Under the pieces are notes generated by a model. The model searched no databases and was not told where the DNA came from. It was given only the letters and a program-made list of their open reading frames with translations. 64,000 nt of DNA, taken from positions 64,001 to 128,000 of the forward strand of contig CAWCLO010000001.1 in NCBI GenBank assembly GCA_963796455.1, read 5' to 3'. Position 1 is the stretch's first letter. Each line of letters begins with the position of its first letter. Position numbers and translations under genes: made by a program. Below are positions 52,226 to 60,667 of this stretch, in pieces. Source of the stretch: Candidatus Sulfomarinibacteraceae bacterium. GTDB taxonomy: Bacteria > Acidobacteriota > Thermoanaerobaculia > Thermoanaerobaculales > Sulfomarinibacteraceae.

Positions 52226-53143
52226 ATGTTATTCATGAACATTGTCAAAGAAGGTTTCCGTATCGCCGGCCGCCACAAGAAGCTCGTCCTGGTGTTGTGG
52301 CTAGCGCCACTCGTACCGGCCCTCGCTCTCGCGGCGATGGCCGCCTCCAACCTTGCCCCGGCCTTCGGTCGCTCCGTTTACGCGGACCGGGTTCTGACCG
52401 GTGATTGGTTCGTCACTTTCCTTGAGTTCCGCGCCTCACCCCTGGATGAACTGGGGCCGATTCTGAGCCTCGGCGTGATGGTGATGGCGGCGTTGACCCT
52501 ATTGGTCCAGGTGGCCTTGTCGGCCGGAGTCGTCGAGGTCGTTCTCGAACGAACCCAGAAGAACCCCTTCGTGCTCGGCATCCGCAAAAACTATCTTCGT
52601 TTCCTGCGGACGAGCATCGTGTTGGGCGCCGCGACCGTTGTGGCGTTCATCGCGGCCCGATTGTTGATGAAAGGCATCTTCAAGATCGCTGAAGCACAGG
52701 CTGACGGCCGTTTCGACATTCTGGGCATCGTTCTGGCCGCCGTGTTCTTCTTCATGATCTGGGCGCCCCTCGATCTGGCCGCCGATCTCTCGAGGATCGC
52801 CGCCGCCCGTCACGACCAACGCTCGATGATTCGTGGCATCTTCCGCGCCCTGGGTGCGGTCCTGCGCCGGCCGGGTCTCCTGATTCCGATGTACCTGGTC
52901 TTCCTCGCGCTGCCAGTGCTGGTCCAGTTCATCTACTACCAACTGCGGTCGCCCTGGACGGCGACGTCTCTGGCGCTGATTCTGGTTTCGTTGATGCTGC
53001 AACAGACGGTCATGCTCCTCCGTGCCTTCTTCAAGCTCGGCATGTGGGGCGCCGAGGTGGCCGCCTACCGCGAGCTCGACGAACCGGAATTCTGTCGCCC
53101 GAAGGTGAAGGCCGCACCGGTCGGTGAGGCCGTGGAAGCATAA
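52226..53143 (+). CDS. Hypothetical multi-pass membrane protein
   Basis: About 6 hydrophobic segments; 3 bp after the M1 peptidase stop. Confidence 0.75.
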   Translation: MLFMNIVKEGFRIAGRHKKLVLVLWLAPLVPALALAAMAASNLAPAFGRSVYADRVLTGDWFVTFLEFRASPLDELGPILSLGVMVMAALTLLVQVALSAGVVEVVLERTQKNPFVLGIRKNYLRFLRTSIVLGAATVVAFIAARLLMKGIFKIAEAQADGRFDILGIVLAAVFFFMIWAPLDLAADLSRIAAARHDQRSMIRGIFRALGAVLRRPGLLIPMYLVFLALPVLVQFIYYQLRSPWTATSLALILVSLMLQQTVMLLRAFFKLGMWGAEVAAYRELDEPEFCRPKVKAAPVGEAVEA

Positions 53144-53175
53144 AAAAAGGACCGGTGCCGAAGCACCGGTCCTTT
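53142..53175. terminator. Bidirectional Rho-independent terminator
   Basis: A7-GGACCGGTGC-CGAA-GCACCGGTCC-TTT between convergent genes. Confidence 0.85.
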
Positions 53176-53211
53176 CGTTTGCGCTCTACGATCGGTTGAA
53201 ACGTAGAAGTT

Positions 53212-54612
53212 TTACTGCGTGAGAACCCAACCGATGTCCTCGAAGAGATAGGGCGTGAGATCGAGGTCGAAGGCCGGTGCGAGATCCGGGTTGATGGAAG
53301 GCTCCATCAACAGGTTCGGAGACGCCGAGGTATCCCAGTGGGAGATCGACGACCCCGGCTGCACCGGATTGGGCGCATACAAACGGACATAGTCGTCGGT
53401 CGTACCAGCCAGGAAATTACTGTCAAGGATCAGTTTGACGTTCGATTTTCCCGCGGCCTTGAAGGCATTGCCCTGATCGAGCGTGATGCCAACTGACGGG
53501 ATAGTTATCGTCGGATCCGAACCACCCATGGGTGCAGGTCCCGCAGGCTGGTTGTTGGCCACCATCACGCCCTTGGCTCCGGCGGCCTGGGCGTTGGCAA
53601 CCTTGGTTGTGAAGGCGCAGGCGCCGCGATCGATGAGGGCGATTTTGCCGTTGAGGTTGTTCTGAATCGGCTCGCAGCCATCGCTGCCCACACCCACACC
53701 GTCATCGGCCAGGACTACTTGACCGGTAGTGCCTCCGCCACCGACCAGCGGCGGGCCAAAGGAGGCCTGCTGGGCTTCGTAGCTGCCTTTGAGGCTCTTG
53801 GGCCGCAGCACTTTGACCGAGGGACGGGGGCCGAGGACCATCGACGCCATTCCCGTCACGCTGGGTCCATTCCAGACCACGTTGGGGCCATTTACCGCCG
53901 ACGCTGCGCGCTCGGCATTGGTCATGATGTCCCAGGTCAGTCCGGTCGACACGTCGAGTGAATATTGAGTGTAGACATCGGGGTACCCGAGGAAGAGTGT
54001 CCCGCTCGATTCATCGGCGAAATTGGCAAATCCAAGCCCGTGGGCGATCTCGTGCATGACCACACTCAAGAAATCGATGTCATTTCCCTGGTTGTGATCA
54101 AAACCGTAGTACCAGGTCCGACCGGTGAGACAGTTCGGATCATCGTCGTCGATATCCGAATTGAATCTCGAACCGATGTCAAAGAACCCCGGATTGAGGT
54201 CGCCACCAGCCAGGGCATCGCTGAGAGCCGAGTGATACCAGGTGCCGGCCGAAGGCGCGCCGACAAAATCCCGAAAGACAAAGGTCGTGCCCGCAGAACC
54301 CAACACACCGCCGGTCGAAGAGCATGGCAGGGGCACAAATGATGCCGCGACGTAAATGGTGGCATCACTTTCAATGGCGGCGCCCCAAAGCTGCGCCGCA
54401 AAGTTGAATACGTTGAGGCGCTGCTCGCCAAGGGTCGTGCCCGGGTTTCCACCCACCGGAGTTGCGGGTGTCGGGTCATTGACGCCGACTCCCGGGCCAT
54501 CGACTCCGAACACCACGATATCGGCGGCAGCCGCTTGTCCGGCAGCCACCAGGAAGAACAACAGCGTGAAGGCAAAGCAAACAACGCTGGTTTTGTTGTT
54601 TTGGGTCCTCAT
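53212..54612 (-). CDS. Secreted zinc peptidase-like protein with an inserted PA domain
   Basis: Signal peptide; HEIAHGLGF; PA domain GKIALIDRGACAFTTKVANAQAAGA; distal SSISHWD and LLMEP. Confidence 0.82.
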   Translation of the reverse strand: MRTQNNKTSVVCFAFTLLFFLVAAGQAAAADIVVFGVDGPGVGVNDPTPATPVGGNPGTTLGEQRLNVFNFAAQLWGAAIESDATIYVAASFVPLPCSSTGGVLGSAGTTFVFRDFVGAPSAGTWYHSALSDALAGGDLNPGFFDIGSRFNSDIDDDDPNCLTGRTWYYGFDHNQGNDIDFLSVVMHEIAHGLGFANFADESSGTLFLGYPDVYTQYSLDVSTGLTWDIMTNAERAASAVNGPNVVWNGPSVTGMASMVLGPRPSVKVLRPKSLKGSYEAQQASFGPPLVGGGGTTGQVVLADDGVGVGSDGCEPIQNNLNGKIALIDRGACAFTTKVANAQAAGAKGVMVANNQPAGPAPMGGSDPTITIPSVGITLDQGNAFKAAGKSNVKLILDSNFLAGTTDDYVRLYAPNPVQPGSSISHWDTSASPNLLMEPSINPDLAPAFDLDLTPYLFEDIGWVLTQ

Positions 54613-54616
54613 GACG

Positions 54617-55081
54617 TCACTCCTTTTCCGGTGTCGTGGACTGAGCATCGATCAAATCGTCCACATGATCGTGGTCTTTTGCACATCCATATTCGATTGC
54701 TCCGTCAGGCAGAATCCGAACATAGGAGTAGTTCATCAGGCCGGGATCGAGTTCGGCCGAAACCATTCCATCAGCGTGAACCTTCGGCGCGGCAAGTGAT
54801 TTTGCGGCAGCGGTCGAGCCCGGGAAGCGGCTCCGAAGTTCGGCCGACAATTCAGCCGCCTGCTCATTGGAAAGCGCTTTCATGCGCCCGGTGGATTGAT
54901 CAACGAGGACCCGAATACCGTAAATCTCCATCGGCACAAAACGTTTGGTCGACTCAGTCGACTGGTCAACATCAATATCCGGCATCCCTGCGTTCTGGTC
55001 GGCGGCCTCGATGGCGCTGCCAGCCAGCAGGAGCATCAGACACAATCCGGTCACCCCCAAAATATTTCGCATATCTCTCAT
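54617..55081 (-). CDS. Small secreted protein (post-PEP-CTERM-1-like domain)
   Basis: GAGGAG RBS, signal peptide, VDQSTGRMKALS and HADGMVSAELD segments; 4 bp upstream of the peptidase. Confidence 0.65.
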   Translation of the reverse strand: MRDMRNILGVTGLCLMLLLAGSAIEAADQNAGMPDIDVDQSTESTKRFVPMEIYGIRVLVDQSTGRMKALSNEQAAELSAELRSRFPGSTAAAKSLAAPKVHADGMVSAELDPGLMNYSYVRILPDGAIEYGCAKDHDHVDDLIDAQSTTPEKE

Positions 55082-55352
55082 CACTCCTCCTCTCGTTTCG
55101 ATCGGTTGAAAGAACCACAGCGAAATCTTCCCCGCCACACGACGAGCGCGGTTGGATTCCTCTGCAGGAGTTGATTGAGCTGTTTTCGCGATCAATATAG
55201 AGAATGATACTTGATATAAATCTCAAAGCAAGTGGTCGAAGTCCACTGTGTCGTCACGACTGTGACGCGCCCCACAAAAACCTGGAGTGATCGGCGAGTG
55301 CGTTGGGAGACCGACCAGCCTAAAGTGGAAGCGATCAAAAGAGGAGTCTGCA

Positions 55353-55693
55353 ATGTCAGGGACGGACCGCATAAAACAATCGTAATCTTCGGCCCAACAG
55401 GAGTCGCCGGATTTGGTGTGCTCCAGGCGTGTCTCGCCGATCCACGGATTGAAGAGGTACGTGCCATTACCCGTCGCAAGCTGGATATCGATCACCCAAA
55501 GCTTCACGAGGTGCAGTGCGATGATTTCTCCGAACTCGATGGGATTGCCGGTAGCCTGACCGGGATCGATGCCGTGTGTTTCTGCCTCGGCAAGGCGATG
55601 CTCCAGGAGACCTTCAACGGCCGCCGCGATGGCACCCTGGAGAACCGTGAGATTCGAGCTCTCGCGGAGACTTATCGTCGATTCGAGAGCTGA
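55353..55693 (+). pseudogene. Internally deleted NAD(P)-binding Rossmann (epimerase/TIP30-like) gene
   Basis: IVIFGPTGVAG...DAVCFCLG runs directly into the family's C-terminal KAML...LENREI. The ATG at 55353 (AGGAG RBS) is out of frame by one base in a G run. Confidence 0.6.
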
Positions 55694-55794
55694 CCCGCCT
55701 CCAAATCGCCACATCTTGCCTCCTCATCGTCTCCGACAGGTCGCGGGGAGGCCAAATCAGCGTCCGATCCTTGGAAGCAAGGAGGCATCGGACA

Positions 55795-56770
55795 ATGCGC
55801 CACCAACTCACTCTTCTCACCACCCTCATCCTGGCCCTTTTTGCCTGCCCCTCCCCCGCCGCAGCCGACCTCGATGTGGTTTTTGTCCTCGATACCACCG
55901 GCTCCATGGGCGGCGAACTCCGCGAGGTCCAGGACCGCGTGCAACAACTGGCCATTTCCCTGGCCGAGATACGCGAGGGCGAACGAATCCGCTATGGGAT
56001 CGTGGCCTATCGCGACCGCGGTGATGAATATGTGACCAGCGTCTTCGATCTCAGCAGCGACATCGCGGCGGCCGGGAAATTCCTGGCCTCGCTATCGGCC
56101 AACGGCGGCGGCGACGGTCCCGAATCGGTGGTGGCGGCCCTGGTCGCAGCCCTCTGGGAGATGTCGTGGGATCGCAGCGCAGGCATCGACCGGCAGATCT
56201 TTCTCGTCGGCGATGCCCCTCCCCACCTCGACTACGGCGACGAAGCGACACCGGAGCAACTGATCGAAGAAGCGAGACGGGCACGAATCGTGATCAACAC
56301 CATCGGTTGCCGGTCCCTGCCCTCCCACGGCGTCGAATTCTTTCGTTCGATGGCCTATGCAACCGAGGGCAGCTACCAGCACATCGGCCGGGTTTCAGCG
56401 GCCGGGGCGGGCACGGTCACCGAAGCCGTGAGCCGCTCGATGACCACCGCTGCCGCCAACCGGTCGCGAAGTCAGCGCGAGCTGGCTTTCGCATCACGAT
56501 GGTGACTCCGCGGGAATCCTGGTTCGCCAGGGTGGACTGCGAGGGGTGGGTCAGAGCCGCGATGAAGCCGGTCTCGACCCGTGCAACATCGAGGTTCGGT
56601 TGCCGCACGGTTTCGCCCTGGTTGAACCACCCAGGGTGTGGATCGACAGCGATCGTCTCCTGGTCGAGCTGAATCTGACCGACGGACCGGGAGGGGTCGA
56701 CCTCTTCTCCATGGACGAGTGTCCGCCACGCACGACACCTGTACATGTGGTTCTGGGAGGTGGATCATGA
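55795..56770 (+). CDS. Secreted vWA-domain protein; probable frameshift near 56488
   Basis: Signal peptide, VFVLDTTGSM (MIDAS), AYRDRGD, GGGDGPE, VGDAPPH; a downstream frame ends at 56770, overlapping the next ATG. Confidence 0.82.
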
Positions 56771-58465
56771 AACGTTTCATCTTTTTGATCTTCGCCCTCC
56801 TGCCCTCGACACTCGAAGCACAGAACGATGCCGAAGCCGGGCTCTTTGCCAAAGCACAACAGTTGCCGCTGGTATCGCAATCGGTGGTCGTCCGGGTCCA
56901 CGGCGGCGAAGCCCGGATCGAACTGACGCAGGTCTTTGCCAACGACGGCGCCGAGATCGCCCAGGCCGACTACCGCCTGCACCTCCCCCGCGAGGCGGTG
57001 GTCACCGGTTTCGGTTTCTGGAACGACGGCACATTTCTACGCGCCGAACTCAAAGAACGTGAAGAGGCCGCACGGGCTCATCGCGCCGCGGCGAGCGAAG
57101 GCCGGCCGACGGCCATTCTGAAGAGAGAGGGCACGATCCACCCCTTCACGGTCTACCCGGTCCTGGCAGGATCGCTCCAGGAGATCGAGGTCACAATGAC
57201 CCTGCCGGTGACCACCGAAGGCGGCAGATCATCGATCCGGCTGCCGCTCGACTCCTTCCTCGGCCACTCCCGGTTGACATCGACCATCGTCGCCCACATC
57301 GAGACCCGCGACAAATTGCTGGCCATCGGGATCGATGGCGGCCGATTCGAAGAGCGGCGACGAGAAAAGCGATCGGCGGAACTGGTTTTTTCGTCCGACG
57401 AGGCGACGGATATCTGGTGGGCATCCGAGGCGCCACCGTCTGCTCGCCGCCGCCGAGTCGGTGCCCCTCGACGACGGCAAATATGCCATCCAGCTCCGTC
57501 TGGCCCTCAACGAAGGCAGGCGCGGGGGTGTTCTGCCGTCGATCGCACTTCTGGTTGATGCCTCGATTTCGATGCGCCGCCGCGGCCGCGCCCTCGATGC
57601 CTTCGTCACCAGGGTCATGGATCTGGCTCCCTCATCGGTCCGGGTCTTCGCCGTGGCCGAGGAGATGGTCGAGGTGACTTCCTCTGATTCTCGCGAAGTT
57701 GTCAGCGGTCTGCTCTCAGGTGCAGCCGGTTTTTCCACTGGTTGGTCCGACCTGCACGACGCAGCCGAGAGAATCGGCTGTACATCGAGCGGATTGCGGT
57801 GCATCGCCATCACCGACCCCCAGGTTGTCGGGCTGCCCGAGGATCGCTCACTCGAGGTGCTCTTTCTCAGCGACGCGGACGAACTCGCCCATTTCGAAAG
57901 CGTGCTCGGCCGGGCCGCCCTCGTTCACCAGCCCGATATCGAACCGGTGGGTCGGCTTTTCGCACTTGCCGATGAGCTGGTCCTGCCGGTCCTCGAGGTC
58001 CAGTCGATCTCGCAACACTCCGCCGTGCTCCGGCCCGCCGGTGGACCGAGGCTGCGGACGGCCCAGGGAAGCCTGCTCCGTCTCTATCTCGAAAGTGAGT
58101 CGCTGCGGGACCTCGAGGTCGAACTCACAATCGATGGCAAGGCCGTATCCCGGAAGGTCGATATCGAGCGAATCGATCCCGCGACCCGTCTCGGGAGATC
58201 GCTACGGCGGGGCTACTACCGATCGCTCCTGAACGATTGGACCGCCGATTATCGGAGGTCACGGGACCCCGAACTCAAACGCCAGATCGTCCAGGTCAGT
58301 CTCCGTGAGGAGATCCCGAGCGATCTGACGGCCCTCCACGTCGCTGCGCCATCGAGCGTGTTGGCCCGCACCGCGACACCGGCTCCCCTCTTGCGTCTCC
58401 TCGGGCTGCTGCTGACCCTTGCCGGTGCGCTGATGCTGTTCACCATCGGTCGGTGGCGGCCATGA
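56767..58465 (+). CDS. VIT + vWA protein with a C-terminal sortase sorting signal; frameshift near 57439
   Basis: Signal peptide, VIT-like LTQVFAN...YRLHLPREAVV...ELKEREEA, LLVDASISM, C-terminal LARTATP + TM helix + RWRP. Confidence 0.78.
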
Positions 58466-59028
58466 TCATCTTCAGGCTTTTGGCATCGGCTCTAGTGTTG
58501 ACAGGGATCGGGGCCATGGCCCAGGGCTTTTATCTCCCCGCCAAGGCGGCGCTGGCTCAGGTCCTGTTGCAGCGAGCGTGGGCGGCGTCCGATGAGGGCC
58601 CGGTCCGGCCGTGGCCGTGGGCGGAGACCTGGCCGGTGGGGCGTCTCGAAGCGCCGTCATTGGATCTCGACCGGATCATCCTCGCCGGCAGCGAAGGTGC
58701 GGCGCTCGCATTCGCACCCGGTCACGTGGACGGAACCTCCACACCCGGAGAGGGCGGCAACGTGGTCATCACCGGCCATCGCGACACCGTCTTCAGCTTT
58801 CTCGGCGATCTCGGTATCGGCTCGGTGCTCGTCCTGGAAGGGAGTGATAGAAGACCCCGGCACTATGTGATTGAATCGACGATGGTCGTGCACGAGGAGG
58901 ACACCAGCGTACTCCTGCCCACAGAGCACCCAAGTCTGACACTGATCACCTGTTATCCGTTGGACGCCAGGGCGCCGGGCGGACCGCTCCGCTACGTCGT
59001 TCGCGCCACTGCCGCCACTCAGGGTTGA
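58462..59028 (+). CDS. Sortase, class GN / marine-proteobacterial type
   Basis: KAALAQVLLQRAW, PWPWAETWPV, GHRDT, LTLITCYP (catalytic Cys), GGPLRYVV (Arg). Confidence 0.9.
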   Translation: MIIFRLLASALVLTGIGAMAQGFYLPAKAALAQVLLQRAWAASDEGPVRPWPWAETWPVGRLEAPSLDLDRIILAGSEGAALAFAPGHVDGTSTPGEGGNVVITGHRDTVFSFLGDLGIGSVLVLEGSDRRPRHYVIESTMVVHEEDTSVLLPTEHPSLTLITCYPLDARAPGGPLRYVVRATAATQG

Positions 59029-59792
59029 ATCGATTCTTCATCCACGGGCGCCTCGGGCACGCGCATTTCGATCGGCAGGCCTGGAGCGGTTCGGGTGGTC
59101 AGGTTTGGCGGCAGGTGACCCACGTCGCTGAACGAGAGCACCTTCATGGATCCGTCAGCCTTGATCGTTATGACGGTGAGACTGCAGTTGCCGATCGACA
59201 TCCCGAGCCAGGCCATGGTGTCGACCTTGAGTGCTTTGGTGACGAAATAACGGATCACGTTTCCGTGGCACACCACGAGGTCGTGCCGGTCGCGGTCGGG
59301 TGACGGCGCGAGGTAGATCGGGAAAGCCTCTTCCAGAGTTGTCCGACACTGCCCGAGGTCTTCCTCGGTTTCGTCTGCCATGACGTCTTCGCGCCAGGTC
59401 GGCGGGGTGCACTCACTGATCAGAGACGACGCCCGGAGCTCCAGATCCGGAAACTCCTCACCGATCAAAAGCGCCGTCTGCCGGGCCCGAGCCATCGTGC
59501 TGCTGTGGAGCGAATCGAATTCGACCGGCATCCCTCTCAGACGGGCTGCGAGGAGCTTGGCCTGGGCCACCCCCAGCGGAACCAGCGCTTTGCCGACATA
59601 AGGATCACGTTCGTCGTCCTGATCGTACTCGCCATGGCGAATCAGATAGACCGTGCGAACCCCGTCACCAGTTGTTTCGGGCTCCTGTGCGAAGCCGGGC
59701 CCTGACCCGGCGGCCAGACACAAAACCGTCAGAACCCAGCCCAAACGATGAAACCACATAGCACCTTCCCCCGTCGGCCCAGGATATCTCAA
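59019..59792 (-). CDS. Exported histidine phosphatase, PGAM5-like
   Basis: Signal peptide; YLIRHG, SSTMARARQTA, VVCHGNVIRYFV, NCSLT, DVGHLP. Confidence 0.85.
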   Translation of the reverse strand: MRYPGPTGEGAMWFHRLGWVLTVLCLAAGSGPGFAQEPETTGDGVRTVYLIRHGEYDQDDERDPYVGKALVPLGVAQAKLLAARLRGMPVEFDSLHSSTMARARQTALLIGEEFPDLELRASSLISECTPPTWREDVMADETEEDLGQCRTTLEEAFPIYLAPSPDRDRHDLVVCHGNVIRYFVTKALKVDTMAWLGMSIGNCSLTVITIKADGSMKVLSFSDVGHLPPNLTTRTAPGLPIEMRVPEAPVDEESIQP

Positions 59793-60640
59793 CCCGGTTT
59801 GCGCTCGGCCAGGAATGCCAGAAGTCCACCACCGAGGATCAGGACGCCTCCCGCCAGGCTCAGCGCATCCGGAACTTCGGACCAGATCACGAGGCCGAGG
59901 AGGGCCGAAAAAACGATCGTCGAATAGGTGTAGATGGAGACCTCTGCCGCCGGTGCGTAACGATAGGCCAGGGTCAGACCGAACTGTCCGATCGCGGCAC
60001 CGACTCCAATACCGAACAGCAGCAGGATCTCGCGGCCATCCGGCACATAAAAATCCCGGACCACGAAGGGAAGCAGGCAGACCGCCGAGACCAGGGAAAA
60101 GAAAAAGACAATAGTCTCGGGCGTTTCCCGTGTTCGCAGTGATCGCACCACGGTGTAGGCCCCACCCGCGAAGACCGAGGACGAAAGCCCGATCAGCGCC
60201 GGCAGAATGCTGAGATCAAATCGAGGCTTGATCACAAAGAGCCCTCCGACAAAGGCGATCACCATCGCCAGGATGACCGCCCGCGCCGGTTTCTCACCGA
60301 GGAAAAAAAGAGCGAAGGCCGCGACAAAAAATGGCGACAGCTTGGTCAACATGGCGGCATCGGCCAGGATCAGATGATCGATGGCGTAGAAATAGCAGGT
60401 CACCCCGGCCAACCCGAGCAGCGACCTCAGCAGCAGGAGCGGCCGGCTTTGTCGACTGCCCAGAAGCGGCCGACCCGAACGCAGGGCGACGGCGCCGGCA
60501 ATGAAGAGCGAGATCAGATTGCGGACAAAGACCTTCTCGAGAAGTGGGACCTCGGGGGCCGCTTTGACGCAGGCACTCATTCCGGCAAAGGCTGCGGCCG
60601 ACGCCAGCATGAAGACGACGGCTCGTCCCCGGCTCGTCAT
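59789..60640 (-). CDS. EamA/DMT-family transporter
   Basis: About 10 TM segments, LLLRSLLG, LSPFF...FLGE, GQFGLTLAYRYA. Confidence 0.9.
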   Translation of the reverse strand: MTSRGRAVVFMLASAAAFAGMSACVKAAPEVPLLEKVFVRNLISLFIAGAVALRSGRPLLGSRQSRPLLLLRSLLGLAGVTCYFYAIDHLILADAAMLTKLSPFFVAAFALFFLGEKPARAVILAMVIAFVGGLFVIKPRFDLSILPALIGLSSSVFAGGAYTVVRSLRTRETPETIVFFFSLVSAVCLLPFVVRDFYVPDGREILLLFGIGVGAAIGQFGLTLAYRYAPAAEVSIYTYSTIVFSALLGLVIWSEVPDALSLAGGVLILGGGLLAFLAERKPG

Positions 60641-60667
60641 GGACTTGATTTCTCGTCGACCCCCTGC

